NCBI RefSeq assembly: GCF_009914755.1
Contig: NC_060925.1
Length of the DNA: 64,000 nucleotides
Origin: the human T2T-CHM13v2.0 reference genome, Homo sapiens
Strand: one strand, 5' to 3'
In this document: positions 1 to 13,685 of the stretch, in pieces
Numbering within the stretch: the stretch's first letter is position 1
Layout: each line of letters starts with the position of its first letter
The notes under the pieces: model-generated
Database searches by the model: none
What the model was told of the DNA's origin: nothing
Seen by the model: only the letters and a program-made list of their open reading frames with translations
Program-made: the position numbers and the translations under genes

Positions 1-4
1 TACT

Positions 5-140
5 AGTGTGGTGCGGCAAAAAGAACAGTGAAGTCAAAAACCCCAATTGTGAATTCTGGCCCTGTAACTTCGTAGCTCTGAGAATTTGGACAAGTCACTC
101 AATCTCTCTGCTCTTCTGTTTTCTGATATGTGCGATATCA
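5..140 (+). mobile_element. MIR SINE fragment
   Basis: Degenerate MIR core (gaattctggc...ggacaagtcactcaatctctctg...ctgttttctgat). Confidence 0.6.
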
Positions 141-569
141 TCTCAAAAATTTCTTCCAGCTCCTGAGATATTAGTGACAAAATCATCACAAGTTATTTTT
201 TCAGCCCTTCTAAATATAGCTTCATATAATGTAATATATTGAAGTAAATAATCTAGAAACATGTGAAATGACCAATTCCTCTCACAATGAAGATGTGCAT
301 CAGAAATAAAAAACAAAGAACATGTTTCTTTTAATAAGCAAAATAGACCCATTCTCAGACTTATGATCAGAAATAAGGCTGACTCAAAGTTTTCCTCTTC
401 CAAACAGCTGCCTCTTATTTAATTAAAAACTACTCTTCTAGGTCTTCAAATGTTTACTGTGTATAATATTAGACTTTGTAAATATTTCAGTCCATTTTAT
501 GTGCTCATATTTTATCACCAACTACTAATTATTGCCTATATTAGAATAATGTTTTTCTGTTTATTCATT

Positions 570-740
570 ACTTTCACATACTTTATTTCATTTAATCATG
601 ACCACACCCATGAGTTGAAAAGCAGGTCCTGTCTTCCAGGTTTTACAGACGGTGAAATGGGATTCGTGGAGGTATGATAACTTGCCCACAGCTTCGGTGT
701 AACTCTTTTAACTCAATACCCAGCTCTCTCCACAACACTA
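570..740 (-). mobile_element. MIR SINE fragment
   Basis: atttcatttaatc...ttttacagacggtgaaa...aacttgccca matches the reverse MIR core. Confidence 0.6.
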
Positions 741-889
741 GCTGCCTATGTGAAATAGAATATTTCTGCTTCAGACCAGGAATGGTTTCCTTTTTCTAAT
801 TTATTCCTTCCACAATGTCAGTACTATTCTCAACAGAGGAGACTCAAATTTAGTTGACTAGTTAGGACTATTTTTGGTACATGGATGTG

Positions 890-1090
890 ATTAATATGCT
901 TTTACACTGTTAGCACTTCAAAGTGTCCTTACATGCATTATCTCAATTAAGGTCATGACAATCACATAAGATCATCAAAAGAGGTTTATTCAGCCCTGCT
1001 GAACAGATGAGGAAACTGAGACCAAAAGACATTAAGGCCACAACTACCCAGGCCCTGGATTTCCAGGCCAAGTGTTTCCCCTATAGCCCA
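890..1090 (-). mobile_element. MIR SINE fragment
   Basis: cagatgaggaaactgagacc reverse MIR core. Confidence 0.6.
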
Positions 1091-1443
1091 CACTGTGTGT
1101 TTTTGTTCAAGGGTTGCAATTAGAATGACTGCAGGGAACAGTAAGACAGAATACATGACACCATCAGTATAAATATACAGTCATGCATTGCTTAACAACA
1201 GAAATACATTCTGAGAAATGTGTCTTTAGGTGATTTCATCCTTGTGCAAACACCATAAAGTATACTTAAACAAACATACATGGTATAGCCTACTATACAC
1301 TTAGGCTATGTGGTATAATCCATTGCTCCTCAGCTACAAACCTGTGTAAGATGTTACTATACTGAATATTATAGGCAATTGTAAAACAATGCTAAGTATT
1401 TGTGTATCCAAACATATCCAAACATAGAAAAGGTGCCATAAAA

Positions 1444-1735
<292 letters not shown>

Positions 1736-1935
1736 GGGGGGGGAAGGAAAGAAGGAAGGAAGGAAGGAAGAAGGGGAGGGAGGAAGGGAGAGCGGGAAGG
1801 AGGCAGGGAGTGAGACAGGGAGTGAGACAGGGAGGATGGAAGGAAGGAAGGAAGGGAGAAGGAAGGAAGAAAGGGACGGAGAGCAGGAGGGAGGGAGGGA
1901 GGAAGGGAGGAAGGAACAAAGGAAGGAAGAAAGAA
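1736..1935 (+). repeat. Polypurine (GGAA/GGGA) low-complexity repeat grown from the Alu tail
   Basis: Almost entirely G/A; lies inside the Alu TSD pair. Confidence 0.9.
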
Positions 1936-2494
1936 AAGGTGCTGTAAAAATGCAGTATTATGAATTTATGGGACCACTGTCATATATTCAGTCCATCATT
2001 GACTGAAATATCATTATGCAGTGCGTTGCTGTATAGATGTACTTGACCAAGGGAAGGGGACTGTAGAGAACTGAGAGGGTGTGTACCACTAGTCAGCTGC
2101 AGGATGCCTTGTGGGAATGAAAACGTCGGGGCTGTAAGAATTCTGATTTTTCAGGAGTCAGAAATCCAAATTTTCTGGTGAAATATTCTTTTTGATGTTG
2201 ATTAATACATTAAAAAAACAAAAACACAAACACAAAAAAGGGTAGGCCTAACAGAACACATCTGCCAATAATATGTAGACTATGAGCTATGTGTCCATGT
2301 GTCTGTTTTTAAATTTCATCAATTGCTTTTAACCTCCAAACAGCAAGGGCTGAACCAAATCCTTGAGTATGGTTCTAATTCTGATGGCATCTAATGTCCC
2401 TAGAATTAGAGATTACCAAGGCCTTGGGTGCAATTAATTATGATTTATAAAAATGATTTGTGTGATAGGTGTTTCTAAATTTCTGGCTATTCTT

Positions 2495-3715
2495 TTTATT
2501 ATTATTATACTTTAAGTTCTGGGATACATGTGCAGAATGTGCAGGTTTGTTACATAGGTATTCACGTGCCATGGTGGTTTGCTGCATCCATCAACCCATC
2601 ATCTACATTAGGTATTTATCGTAATCCTATCCCTCCCCTAGTCCCCCACTCACTGACAGACCCCAGTGTGTGATGTTCCTCTCCCCGTGTCCGTGTGTTC
2701 TTATTGTTCAACTCCCACTTATGATTGACAACATGTGGTGTTTGGTTTTCTGCTCCTGTGTTAGTTTGCTGAGAATGATGGTTTCCAGCTTCATCCATGT
2801 CCCTCCAAAGGATATGAACTCACCCTTTTTTATGGCTGCACAGTATTCCATGGTGTATATGTGCCACATTTTCTTTATCCAGTCTATCATTGTTGGGCCT
2901 TTGGGTTGGTTCCAAGTCTTTGCTATCGTGAACAGTGCTGCAATAAACATACATGTGCATGTGTCTTTATAGTAGAATGATTTGTAATCCTTTGGGTATA
3001 TACCCAGTAATAGGATTGCTGGGTCAAATTGGTATTTCTGATTCTAGATCCTTGAGGAATCACCACACTGTCTTCCACAATGGTTGAACTAATTTACACT
3101 CCCACCAACAGTGTAAAAGTGTTCCTATTTCTCCGCATCCTCTCCAGCATCTGTTATTTCCTTTTTAATGATCACCATTCTAACTGGCGTGAGCTGGTAT
3201 CTCGTTGTGGTTTTGATTTGCATTTGTCTAATAACCAGTGATGATGAGCATTTTTTCATATGTTTCCTGGCCACACAAATGTCTTCTTTCAAGAAGTGCC
3301 TGTTCATATCCTTTGCCCACTTTTTGATAGGGTTGTTTGTTTTTTTCTTGTAGATTTATTTAAATTCTTTGTAGATTCTGGATATTAGCCCTTTGTCAGA
3401 TGGATAGATAGCAAAAATTTTCTCCCATTCTGCAGGTTGCCTTTGCACTCTGATGATAGTTTCTTTTGCTGTGCAGAAGCCCTTTAGTTTACTTAGATCC
3501 CATTTGTCAATTTTGGCTTTTGTTGCCACCATTGTTTTTGATGTTTTAGTCATGAAATCTTTGCCCATGCCTATGTCCTGAATGGTACTGCCTACATTTT
3601 TTTCTAGGGTTTTCATGGTTTTAGGTCTTACATTTAAGTCTTTAATCCATCTTGAGTTAATTTTTGTATAAGGTAGAAGGAAGGGGTCCAGTTTCAGTTT
3701 TCTGTATATGGATAG
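2495..3715 (-). mobile_element. 5'-truncated L1PA (approx. PA7-8), ORF2 end plus 3' UTR
   Basis: ORF2 C-terminal peptides (FIAALFTIAKTWNQPK); 17-bp TSD aatttctggctattctt at 2478-2494 and 3716-3732. Confidence 0.95.
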
Positions 3716-5684
3716 AATTTCTGGCTATTCTTGAAGCCATCAATGAGAATGATCACAGTAAATGAAATACTTTTTAAGTCACATGTGGTTCTTCTGGGCA
3801 CAGAGACACACATTTTTCCTGATAGTGATGACAAGGTTCTGACAATGAAGATGATGACAAGGACAAAACTGGCCTCATCTCTATTTCCCTTAAAGGATAG
3901 TTCTGAATGAACCCTTTTGAAAAATAGACACAGAACTGAAATGGTAACATTAGTTACATGTCGTATAATCATTATTCTTAGATTTTTCTAGCCATGCCAA
4001 GACTACACATAAAGTAAGAAATAGTCAGAATGAGGAAAGGAATACATGTTCCTACGTGGAAGTATTAAGTAAGCTCAACAGGAATAATGAACTTATACAA
4101 ATTATACTAAAGACAAAAATGAAAATGTAATTCATAGTACACAAAGCATGATTGCCATGAATGTATGTTAGTGCAATTGCAGTGAAAAGGTTGAAAAATA
4201 TGACCCACAGAAGAGTATTTTTGACTGAAATATTTTACATTGAATACCTGTGCATAAATTAACTACCGTAGTTTAGAGAAAAATAAAAAGAAATAACAAA
4301 TGTCCCACCAATTTTAATAATATTGTAACATCGAAGGATGTCAAATGATCCAAACTTGCTCCACTGTTGAAAAACCACATTGTATTTTAAATTTTTACAC
4401 ACAAAAAAATCATAATATTCACCTCAGCTGAGGTTTTTAGGGACTGTACAATTCTGTGACTGGAAAGGTTAAAATAGAAATAATAGTTGAAAGAGAATGA
4501 GATTAGCCAGCTAGTCCATTTTTTAAAAAATTTGTTTCTGGCACTTACAGACTCAATTAACATATGAAGGGGCGGAGAAACTGAGGTTGGCTTCCTACCC
4601 CATGCCACACACCATTATGTACACATGAGACTTAAATAACACTTCTTCCCTTTCTTGTGACTGACACAGATACTTACTATAATAAAATTTCACCTGAATT
4701 AAACAGAAGGTCTTAGGGTGAGACCCTGTAGAATTTTTAATCTCTTTACTCCATTCTGATTATCACATTGATGATCCTTAACTCAGAAAACATGCAATTT
4801 CATTTATGTGTGTTTGAATTGGGCAGAAAGATATGAAATTCAGAAACATCATTGAAGGGCTTAAATGCAAATTCTGAGTTTCTTAGATAAAACCTTCACA
4901 AAGAGAGTCCTCCTCACCCCACCCCCAACACTTTACTGCTTTCAAAGTACCCATAACACTACTATTACTACTAGCAATTAAAAATATTGTGCTCAATCTG
5001 TGCAGAGGAAAATTTTGTTAATTTTGCCAAGTTCAATTTGCCAACTGTCATCGAACCTCTAGAATTGCATTCCTCTAGAAGGAGTTAATTAATAGGGCAC
5101 TTCTTTGTACTCACAGTGAAGTGTCTGCTTATTGCAGTTCAACTCCACAGAAACCCCCCCAAAAAAAATAAAGAAAAAAAGAAAGCATTTGGGATGGCCA
5201 AGAAATCTTAAAGCTAGTTATCTAATCATATAACCCAGAAATTTCACCAAGAGAAATGGCACAGACCTGGCTTGAGTGAGACAGAGTATGAATGGAAGGA
5301 CACTGTCAGACATTACATAGAGATAGTTGTGTATAATCCACCGTTAAACTCTCAAGGTTTTCTGAAAAATACATAAACAACTAGAATTGGTTTCTTTAAT
5401 ACTCCAGTTGGCCTGCTCAAGGACAGAATTTTCTATATTACTCCTGCCAGCTTCCAATTAATCAATTTACCTCCAAAGTGTTCTTAAGTTGTCCCATTAT
5501 AATTTGTTTATAACTTTGGTCCTTGGCTCAGTTTACCAACTCATTCCCTCATATATGAGTGAATCATTTGCATAAAAAACAAATGGCATACCAATTAACT
5601 AAATGCTTCTGAGATATTTTTGACAATGAACCAAATTGTATTTTTCCTTGTCTTCTCTTTTCTACTTCTCTTAATGCAGTAACT

Positions 5685-6065
5685 ATAAACATTTATTCAA
5701 CAAATATGCATTGAGTAAAACTATATGCCAGTCGTTCTTTTAAGTGATTGGTTATATAATGGAGAAATAAAACAGCATAGTTCATACATTCATAGTATTT
5801 ACAGTTTTACAAGGGAGATAGAATTAACCAAATAAATAGATAATTACAAATTGTTACAAGTTCTATGAGAAGAAAAACAAAAAACATAGTGCTATAGGAG
5901 AGGGCAACATATAGCATAATTTAGATTGAGAGTGTCAAGGAAGATTCCTCTAAGAATGTGATGTTTAAAAAGAGAAATGAATGACAGAAATGAACTAGGC
6001 AAAAAGTAGGGAAAAGACTGCTCCAGGCAGGGAAAACAGCATGCTGAAAGGCCCAGGTAGGAAAT
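5685..6065 (-). mobile_element. L2 LINE 3' fragment
   Basis: ttattcaacaaatatgcattgag...tatatgccag resembles the reverse L2 3' end. Confidence 0.6.
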
Positions 6066-6569
6066 TCAAGATCAGAGCAGTAATTTCTAAATTCCAAACT
6101 GACCAAGCATCCCACCAATTTTTTAAAAATTTCTCACACTTCTTCAACTACATTTATCTGGTTACTTTTATATTGTGTATACTATTGTACTGATATATTA
6201 TATATTATAAAACATACACAAAAATTTGAAAGTCTCAAAGGATAAGGTTTTTTTTTAAAATGGACCATCTTGGACACTTTCAACTTCAGAACCTCCTGAA
6301 TGAGATGAACTGAAGGACCAATGTGGCTGAAGCTTAGGACATGATAATATTAAGCAGAGAAATGGTATAATATAATTTACACTTAAAAGTACCAGCCTGG
6401 TTCTTGTATAGGTAATTGGAATAAGCCCTATAAACTAATGATATAGCTATAGAACTGGTTGAGAGTTAAATTTGCACACCACACCTCAGTTGTGCTCTGG
6501 AGCCCCTCATTGAGTTGGGGACTGATACTGAAACTTTCCATTTAAAAGTAATTCAAGAACCTACAAGCA

Positions 6570-7100
6570 ATGTACTCCATAGCCATGAGCACAGATGACA
6601 CCCACATCTTGGTTTCTAAATACCATCATTCACTAAAAGAAACAGGGATCCTTGGAAAAATGACTCCAGGTCTGCAGCAGGGAAAGTACCAGGTAAACCT
6701 GGAACATATTGATGTGTCAGAAAACACAAAAGAACTCAGACTAATTAGATCATGTTAAAAGGACAAAGGAGCCAGCTTGAAGTGGTTGTCTACTGATCAA
6801 ACATATGAAGAGCTGAGCCCCAAAAAGATTAACTATGATAATGTATTCTAATACATTGAATAAAATAAAATGTGTAAGTCCATAGTGATAGTCAAAAGAG
6901 AAAATATTAACTAAATATTAACTATTTTTAGAAGAATATGAGCTAATAAATGTAGAAGAAATGATAGAATTACAAAGTCATCATTTTGCAATGCCCAATG
7001 TAATAACTATGAAATCAACAGATGCCAGAATCATTGGATAAAAGGTTGTTGGGAACATGATATGCATATGGTCTCAAAATATTGCCTCATATGTTAGTCA
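6570..7100 (+). mobile_element. Old L1MC-type 3' UTR fragment
   Basis: tagccatgagcac...atcttggtttctaaatacca...ccttggaaaaatgactccagg resembles the L1MC3/4 3' region. Confidence 0.65.
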
Positions 7101-7104
7101 TTAA

Positions 7105-7320
7105 TTTTTTTTTCAGAGTGCTAAGGCTTTATTACAAATGGAGTTTACACTAGAGGGGCTCTTCTCCAATCTTTCTTCTGTACCCTCTTCTCTCCCAAAG
7201 ATATCTCTCTAGGGGAGGTCAGTAGGCCATTAGAGAAGAGGAAATCTGGAGAATGAAAAAGAGCACTGCTCTTGCCAAAGTCCTCTGAAACAACCACTGA
7301 GTCCTTCTGGCTCCAGTTGA
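7105..7320 (-). pseudogene. Probable processed-mRNA 3'-UTR fragment, parent not identified
   Basis: Poly(T) at 7105-7113 and tttatt (AATAAA on minus) at 7128-7133, next to non-repeat sequence that abruptly ends the L1MC match. Far boundary uncertain. Confidence 0.5.
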
Positions 7321-9299
7321 GAATCTGGACCTTGAAAATGAGAGCTAAACTTCTTCCACTAGAAGAGGATGATCACTGATGCTGCGGGTCCTCTGAGACT
7401 TAGCAATATCTTCTCTCTGAACCTCAATTTTGAGTTGCCCACTCACAGCCATCACTATGATGTTCCTTTGAACACAGACCTCTACTGAAACCAGCTCTGC
7501 TGTGACTTATGGCAAGTATATGAATGCTTTTTTCTAAATTACCCTTTATATCTCCTCAGGGTCACTAAAGAACCCTAGATCTCTTCCATAACGTGCACCA
7601 GTCACTGTTCGGCCACCATTTTTATTCTACTGTGTCACCTCACATTGACACAGGGCTTCTCTCAGAGACTTCCAACCTCTCAGCTACTGATGTTCCAAAG
7701 TTCCCGCAAAAACTATGAACCCACTGAGTCGCACTGTGAGTAAAGGGCACTGCATCATCTCTCACTTACTTGTCTCCCACACACACCCCTTAACTCCTCC
7801 CCTAGGACTTTCTACTTTTCATATGGTGGGACTTCCCTTGTATCATCTCCTCCATGCCTTCTACATTATGACTTGTTGTAATATTCTATTTCCAAAGAGC
7901 TAAATTTTCCTTTTGGTTTATAAAGGGCTACTTTTGGAACTTAGAAACCAGAAACTATTTCCTCCTTTCAAAAATCCTGGATTTCATGACAATTGTCTCA
8001 CAAAGGGCTCAAGAAAATTGGCCTTGCAATTCAAAAACTGAAGAAAGATCCCTTTTCTCTAGGTGGATTATGCCTTTCCAGAAGTAACAAATGCCACTAA
8101 TTCAAGGCGTAATTAGCCACTGGGCAAAGCATTTATTAGGAATTAAATATTCATTGGTTTCGCAGGCCAAAAATACTATCTTCACTAGGGTTACCAAAGC
8201 ATATTCAATCGGAAAATCTGAATTCTGGTTGCAACTTGTCAAATGATACACTTTGTGACTTTTGACAACTCCCATAATAAAAAATAATAGGATCAGCAAT
8301 TTTTGAGCCCCTATTTGGGCCAGTGAAGCTGGACTATCAGTGATACTGCGTCTCTTATTTATTTATTTTCTGGTACTCCTGTCTATTTATTTCTGGTAAT
8401 CTAGTCCCCCAGTTACCATCCTAAATCTTCACCATACCCCTGTAGTTTCTGACTCCAGCCTTCCAATGTAAGAAACCATAAGCTTCTGTAGTTTAAATTG
8501 CTGTTGTGTTTACTGATATTTGCAGTCACTTTCCTAACTGGTGCACCAGGTGGGTCTGGGTGCAGTTTGTAGATATGGTGGCAAGAAGTTAAGAAAGCTT
8601 CTGTGCGCTTCTAGTTTCTCTTTGAAGTAGGGCATATAGTTATCTGCTGAGTTTGAGGAAGTATGTTGTGGGGAAGAACATCTGAGAAAACCGGAAATGA
8701 TTTTAGATGCCTACTGTGGAGAACAGGGGAAAGGAATAATTAAGAAAACATTGAAAGAATCTTAGTCACTATTAGGGTCAAGATGCTGTTAAAGGCAATG
8801 GATTTATTTAGAGTAGAATCAAGCCTGAAATCATTTTATTTTGTTCCGTCAATGTAAAGGACCAGAGAAGGTCAGTGATCAGATTCATCTAGATGTGTGT
8901 TTTGTAACAAGGATTTGAGAGAAGGAGAACAGGGCACAGAGTTTAAGAGATTCATAAGAAACAAGAAGTAGTGTGTTATGGAATCCAGCCAGAATTAACA
9001 AAGATGTGAGGAAGGGAGGAGGCTGACCATCTCTCTCTCTCCTGCTAATATACCTGCAATGGTGTTCCATTGCTCATAGAAAAACAGTTCAAACACTCAA
9101 GATGCCTACACAGGAATGATCTGACTCATGACTCTTTCCAGCCTACTCTTGTGTTGCTCTTGCTGTTGTTCTCTATACTCAAGCCATGCACACAGAGGGC
9201 TGCAAGAAAATAAGCCAAATATATAATTTTTGATGAATTCTATTTGCTTTCTTTTCCATGTACATCCTCTCAGCCTGCCTTTTCTAGCCAAATCTTTAT

Positions 9300-9960
9300 T
9301 GCTTCCCTGGGCTTATTTTTCATTAGCTCAGTCCCTTCTCTCTGTTCTAGCAACGCCACTTTTAACTTTAATTCTTTTAATTTCTTCTCCTTGAAACTTA
9401 ATTGATCTCCCTGACTCCATTCTTTCACCTCTCTAATCCATCTTCACATTGATGCCTTGGTTATCTTCACATTACTCTGAGCAAAGCATATTATGCTTCT
9501 GTTCTTAAAGCTTTTATAGTACAGCATGAGCTTCCTATGTCATGTAAAGTTCTCCGCTACCTGGCACCAGTTCACCTTCCCAGCCTCCTCTCTTCTACTC
9601 TCTGCCCTCAACATTCTATGTTCTAGGCACACTGGATTCTTTATAATTCCTTAAATATGCCACATATGTTCATATGGGTTTGTTTTCAATCACATTGTTT
9701 TTTCACTTCCCATCTCCATCTTTTAAAGTCCTAGTCATCCCTTGAGTCATAAATGGTACTCATTTTCTGAGAAGTAATGGTTCCCTTTGTGTATTACCGT
9801 AACATGTCGGTTATACCTTTATCATTAAGATTTATTTCATTTACATTATATCTTGATTATCTGTGTGGATGTCTGTCTCTGTCAAACTAGAAGGTCTGTT
9901 TGGGTTGAGATTTTGTCTTAGTCATTATAATAGGAACTTAGTTCCTAGTTCAGTGGTAAG
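9300..9960 (+). mobile_element. L2 LINE fragment(s)
   Basis: Pyrimidine-rich L2 3'-region motifs (tctaatccatcttcac...ttattatcttgattatctgtgtggatgtctgtctc). Confidence 0.5.
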
Positions 9961-10060
9961 TAATCCTTAACAAGAGCAGTAGGGGATAGGGTTGCAATAG
10001 TATTTTGGGATCAGATTAGGGAGCCCCTGAATGTCAAGTTACAATGAAGAAAGGGACTAA

Positions 10061-10355
10061 GAGTGGTGGCTCTCCTGTAATTCTAGCACTTTAGGAGGCC
10101 AAGGTGGGAGGATCATTTGAGGCCAGGAGTTCAAGACCCAGCCTAGGCAACATAGCGAGACCTTGTCTGTACAAAAAAATTTTTTTTTAAATATCCAGGC
10201 ACGGTGGCACACACCTGTAGTCCCAGCTACTTAGAAGGCTGTGGCAGGAGGATTGCTTGAAACCAGGAGTACGAAGCTAGAGTGAATTATGATCATGTCA
10301 CCCACTCCAGCCTGACCAACAGAGCAAGACCACATCTCTATTAAAAATAAAAATT
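10061..10355 (+). mobile_element. AluJ element
   Basis: Dimeric Alu with J-type diagnostics (ggaggattgcttga, gttcaagacc). Confidence 0.9.
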
Positions 10356-12977
10356 AAAGAAGAAGGGAAATTCGTATATAATAGATATTTAATAAATACT
10401 TTTTAATTGAAGAGCTGTTAATAACCCAAATCTCTTTTTTTTCTTCATTTGACAGATTCTAAGTTTTCCCATTTGCACAGGAAAGGAAACTCTTCCTTTA
10501 TTCTTTGGAATATTATTAATTGATTCATTCATTCAGCTTTTCTTGAGCATCTAGTATGAGTTGAAAGAGAATTTATAGTCCATCTAATTCAGTTTTCTCA
10601 GTTTAAACCTAAGGAAACTGAGGCCCAGCAAGTTGAAATGATTTAACATAGGTCTTACAGCTAGTACGTGGCGAAATAAATGACTAGAAGCTAGTCTGTG
10701 CCTTGCCTTCTAACCCACAGCTTCCTAATTTTACAAAATTCTTACAAGTTTGAGTAGGTGATAGGCAGAGTGATGGCACCCTAGAAACCTATGCAGAAAA
10801 AGATTCTAATTACCAAATTCAAAACTTTAGGATATGAAAGAAGTTTCCCTCTGCCTCAGGCTCTCATTGCTTTATATCTGATTTTATAAAACCTTCCCAA
10901 TTTGTTTCACTGCTTTCATAGTTCCCTCTCTGCAAATTGATTTCACATATCTGTATCAGACCACATGCTAGTTCCCAAACCTAAAATGAATGTTTCATTT
11001 CATCAGTCACCTATTTAAAAATCCTGTCTACTTTTCATTGATTACAGAATAGAATATTGATTACAGGGTAAAAGACAGGTCTAGATTCAAATCATGCCTC
11101 TACCTTGCCTCTTTCTTCCATAAGCTGTGTTTCAAGCAAATCACTTAAACATTATGACCTTTAATTTCTACAACTGACAAATGGCAATAAGAGAGTTTAA
11201 GGTTTCGATATTGGATTTCAGCCAAATATTTAAAAATATCCTTCCCATATAACTTAATTATATGAATAGCAAATGGGAAAAACTAAAGCAGCAAAAAAAG
11301 TAAATAGCATTCAAACAAGAGAAAGGTTCATGTCATAACATTCAAAAAATTGTAGCCATCAAAGAAAGACACAAAGAAGTTTTCAAGAATTTACAGAATA
11401 AAGCTTAGAACAGTATGGCAAACCTCTTAATGTCATCCTCCAAACAAGCACTTTGTAGGGAAGGTGAGCAAACAAAACTCTGAAAAGTATAACCACCTAC
11501 TCCTACACTATAACATGGGAAAGGTAGCTTTAGATGAAATATGAGTAACCCTTAGAGGAGACAAAGAATTTTGCAAGGGGGGAAAAGTCCCATCTCAACT
11601 AGTTGCATGTTCTACCAGAAAAGGGAACTATTGGAAATCTCCCTTTTGGCATCTTCCAGCTGGGTGAAAAAGGAGAGGATGATGGCAGAACAATCATAAA
11701 CACCCATAGTTAATTATCTCCAACAATAAATAGTGATATAGCAGAAAGGAAGAAAAAAATAGAAAATAATTAGGACAAGAGTCTCTAAGGGAGGGAAAGT
11801 GGAGAAGAAGCATGTGTAGTGCCTGAAGGGAAGTAACCTACATGTACTTCCTATGTTGTTTATTTTTTTCCCAGAAGATAAGAGAGAGGAGCTTGGGAGG
11901 AAGAGAAATTGCTACTGGGGAGAAATGGGCAAATATGGAAAGGGAAACATAAAACAAGCTAATGACATTGAAATAGAGAACTCAACAAACAAAACCAAAT
12001 TCCAGATTACTTTCTTTAAAGCAAACAAAGAATCTGGGCTCCATGTTGATTAGAAGAAATAATCCAAAGCCCAAGAATACTTCTCAGTGTAATGAATATA
12101 AACTCCAATAGATTAAGATTTTAGCACAGAAAACATTTACTAAAATTTCAGAAGAGAGTAGAGTGTGGATCCTCCTCCAACTGTACACAGCCACAGTTGA
12201 GCTCTTTCTTCCTCCTTGAATCTAAGGTAATAGAAAAGCAAGTGGAATTCACTCACACTATAGCACAGCGAAGAGAAGGCCTAAACAAAACTGCTGTATT
12301 TTAAAAGATAAAAAGAAGGGACACAATAACTTTGCAAACACATTATCAGCAAAAATAAATACATATGAGAAAGAAGGATACAAATACAGATGAAAAACCA
12401 TGCTGGAAGTAAGCAGAACTTCACAAAGAAATAATTTCCAGCCAGTGCTTCATGATATAAAAGTTAATGAGAACATAAAATCAATTTTTAAAGAAATGAG
12501 GTGTAAAACAGTATTGAAGATGAAAGGGAAGAACGCAAAGCTGAGAAAACAAACTGAGAACCACACAACACCATTAAAAGCAAGTTAGAAAGCACAAGAT
12601 ATATCTCCATTGAATATAATTTCAAACTCAAAACTCAAATTTAAATTTCTTCTATCCCCAGCCTATGTAAGTAGGAGTTAAATTAGCTTTTCTTTTTCTA
12701 GCTCCATCCCCCCAATTTGCTAGTCATTGTTTCTGATATCTGTGGGGAGGAGGGTAAGAGTTGGGGAAATGCAGCACAGCTTTTGTGACAGCTACAGTTG
12801 TAATCTACCCGCAGGGCCCTCTGGGTGGCAGAAATACAATAGCTGACTCTGTAGGGTGCCTTTGTGGGTTTCTCATCAATCCCAGGCAATTGGCTTGTCT
12901 GCCTCTTTTCTGTCTGCCTGCTGGATTTCTGGGGTCCACCTCTCAGTTCCTGTCCTTCAGGCAAGTACTCTTGGTTA

Positions 12978-13685
12978 CAATCATTTCCATAGGGTCCTTA
13001 TCAAGTCTCAGAAACATTCACCATTAGCCTGCCACATGAAGAAGTACAGCTCAGTCACAAAGCAGCCACCTGCGTGTTCAGCCGCCAGACTGGGCAGTTC
13101 CAGCTACAGCATCTCAGCTTTAGAATATTCACTGGTAAGATGCTCAAGTTCCTGGAGACATGCAAAAGCTTTCCAAGTGGTCCTCTAGAAAAGCCTCTCC
13201 TTAACCTTAGGAGAGAGGATTCTGCATCTACCACATTCTGCCTTTTTTCACTATTATTATTATTATTATTACTATTACTGGGCTATCTGACTGGTCCAAA
13301 TTCAAGGACAGGTGAAAAGACAACTTGGCTTCTACAGAAGGTTGTTTTTACCTGTTTACTCCCAAAGAGTAAATAAACCGTCATTGATAAAAATAAAATA
13401 AGAAGAGATCAGTGGATGCAACTCCCCATGCTTTAAGTGTATTTCACAGAAGCTCACCTGAGGTTCAGAGGAATTGGCAACTGCCCAATTTTCCAGGTCA
13501 GAGAAAGACATGGACTCGCTGTCTTTCAGGTCCCCAACTATGTCAATACTCAGAAACAACTTAGAACACCAACAGAAGGCATTAAGTCGCCTATCCGGGG
13601 AGCCATATTCTTCAGGGTCTGAAATTCTTGCTGTGCCAGCACTGAGGCAATTTCCACTTCTCCGAGCATGCTCTGCAGTGTCTAT
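12978..13685 (-). pseudogene. Decayed coding-like segment, possibly Gypsy/Ty3 gag (capsid)-derived
   Basis: Two blocks in the same minus frame: a stop-free 109-codon stretch (13356-13685) and 12978-13211 reading PKVKERLF*RTTWKAFACLQELEHLTSEYSKAEML*LELPSL...FVTELY...CF*DLIRTLWK*L. GC is higher than in the flanks. Identity inferred from motif spacing only. Confidence 0.3.
13251..13279 (+). repeat. (TAT)n microsatellite
   Basis: ctattattattattattattactattact. Confidence 0.9.

Noticed and set aside
5113-5155. RSS-like heptamer CACAGTG
   Set aside because: No nonamer at 12- or 23-bp spacing.
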